Assembly: GCA_963805085.1 (NCBI GenBank) | Contig: CAWDTA010000002.1 | Coordinates: forward strand, 1,984,001-2,048,000 | Length of the DNA: 64,000 nucleotides | Source of the DNA: an uncultured Veillonellaceae bacterium | GTDB lineage: Bacteria > Bacillota > Negativicutes > JARBTT01 | Direction: 5' to 3' | Shown: one piece after another, positions 62,821 to 64,000 of the stretch | Layout of the letters: each line of letters starts with the position of its first letter | How positions within the stretch are numbered: the first letter of the stretch is position 1 | The notes under the pieces: model-generated | Seen by the model: only the letters and a program-made list of their open reading frames with translations | What the model was told of the DNA's origin: nothing | Databases searched by the model: none | Made by a program: the position numbers and the translations under genes

Positions 62821-63480
62821 ATGCGATGTATATTAGCTATTACAACTTTTTTGATTGTTGTGTGCTCCACTAATGTGATGGCAAGTGGTCTTGTTGAGAT
62901 ATGTGCGAAACCTACCTGTCATCCGCTGGGCAAGATTGAAGTCGGTATGGTTTATGACCAAATCCAATTCAAAGAGCCTGATGGCGAAATCATGCAGTTT
63001 CAGGAGAATAACGAAAACAAAGTCTTTACGGTTTGGCATAATGGAGAAGTTATAAAGCAGTATTATGGTTTACATGTACCAGTAGTCAAGCAAATAAAAA
63101 ATAACGATACAGGTCGGAACTTTTATATTTTGTATTGTACGCTCTCTGTATCGACAAAGAAAAATGCACATATAATTATTGGTTATGACCAGGTACAGAA
63201 AAAATGTGTTGAATATATGAATACGTTGGATTATTTTAAACCAAGCCAAGGATATGATGAGGTCAAGTGTTATATTGGTTCACCTGATCGGTTCATCCTA
63301 TATGCCCATCGATTATATGATGGGCATATCGAGGGATATCAGTTGACATGGGATGAGAAAGTAAATGATTTTAGAAAAGAACCTTTTGAAATTGATGAGC
63401 ATAAAACGATACAGGCGGCTTTAGATAATACCAAATTGACGACAGAACCTTTAAATAAACTAGGAATTTTTCGGAAGTAA
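62821..63480 (+). CDS. Exported hypothetical protein
   Basis: AAGGAGGG RBS, signal peptide ending VMA. Confidence 0.7.
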   Translation: MRCILAITTFLIVVCSTNVMASGLVEICAKPTCHPLGKIEVGMVYDQIQFKEPDGEIMQFQENNENKVFTVWHNGEVIKQYYGLHVPVVKQIKNNDTGRNFYILYCTLSVSTKKNAHIIIGYDQVQKKCVEYMNTLDYFKPSQGYDEVKCYIGSPDRFILYAHRLYDGHIEGYQLTWDEKVNDFRKEPFEIDEHKTIQAALDNTKLTTEPLNKLGIFRK

Positions 63481-63535
63481 GAACAGGGAAGGTTCTATTG
63501 ATTCACATTCTTGTTGAAGACAAAAGGGACGTTCC

Positions 63536-63600
63536 GTGCGCCAAGCTAAGGGTACATCATATAGCGGGTGGGAACCCCGCTGAACAAGGTCCAGTATTCT
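63536..63600 (+). mobile_element. Probable group II intron 5' stub
   Basis: Starts GTGCGCC...GC..GGGT.., then gcgggtgggaaccccgc hairpin as in domain I starts; no RT or domain V seen. Confidence 0.5.
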
Positions 63601-63635
63601 AAAGAAATATTTAAAAGTTGACGGAAAAGGGACGT

Positions 63636-64000
63636 CAGACTGTGCGAAAACGCTCAGGCTTCAGTCTAGATATTAGTCCAAAATGCTAAAATTATATAAA
63701 AATAACGGTAATACTCTAGTAATAATTCTTAACCCTATTTGATTGCTGCTATTATTTCCCTAGTTCCTATAATATTGAGCACACGTTTTAGGTTATACAT
63801 TAAACAATGCATAACCGCTTCACCTTTCACTTTTTCAATTCCACGCAGCAGAAAATGCGTATATCCTAGAGTACGTTTTATTGTACCAAAGGGATGTTCA
63901 ACTATCATTTGTCGTTGCCTGTAAAGTTTTAAATTATTTGCTAGTCGTTCATCCGTACGTGCCATTACTTTCTGATGTTCTCCCTGTACTATTTGTCGAC
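63636..64000 (-). mobile_element. IS1182-family element, transposase 3' part and end; runs off the window
   Basis: YRQRQMIVEHPFGTIKRTLGYTHFLLRG...YNLKR (stop at 63735); end ttttcgcacagtctg on the minus strand. Confidence 0.85.

Overview
Chromosomal window from a low-GC Firmicute. A Negativicute-like anaerobe is inferred from the Firmicute gene order plus rubredoxin, a SCIFF locus, rfbG and an outer-membrane Wzi. The core backbone is lemA-TPM, rubredoxin, mdh, three Cof phosphatases, rapZ-yvcK-whiA, scfA-scfB, cggR-gap-pgk-tpiA-gpmI, eno, pyk and secG-est-rnr-smpB-ssrA. Three accessory zones interrupt it. (1) 1-9 kb: rfbG, two transketolase 3'-end scars, a sulfite/nitrite reductase, RAYT and IS3 scars, a MarR cassette, a Family 2A encapsulin with its cysteine-desulfurase cargo, and a structured-RNA/small-ORF unit. 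(2) 29.8-43.5 kb, between gpmI and eno: a Pho-box alkaline phosphatase operon with a CxxC protein and His-rich ABC transporter, a sigma28-driven FliD-like orphan opposite a diguanylate cyclase, an SMR pair, and a PatB/cystine-ABC/DUF1847 operon. (3) Downstream of tmRNA: Wzi, a decaying peptidoglycan-recycling cluster, a SEC-C MetAP, a frameshifted RAYT, a probable group II intron 5' stub and an IS1182. The best candidates for a little-described system are the minimal sulfur-storing encapsulin next to a sulfite reductase and the phosphatase/metal-ABC operon. No CRISPR array, tRNA or rRNA was seen. All family calls come from motif recognition by eye; no database search was run.
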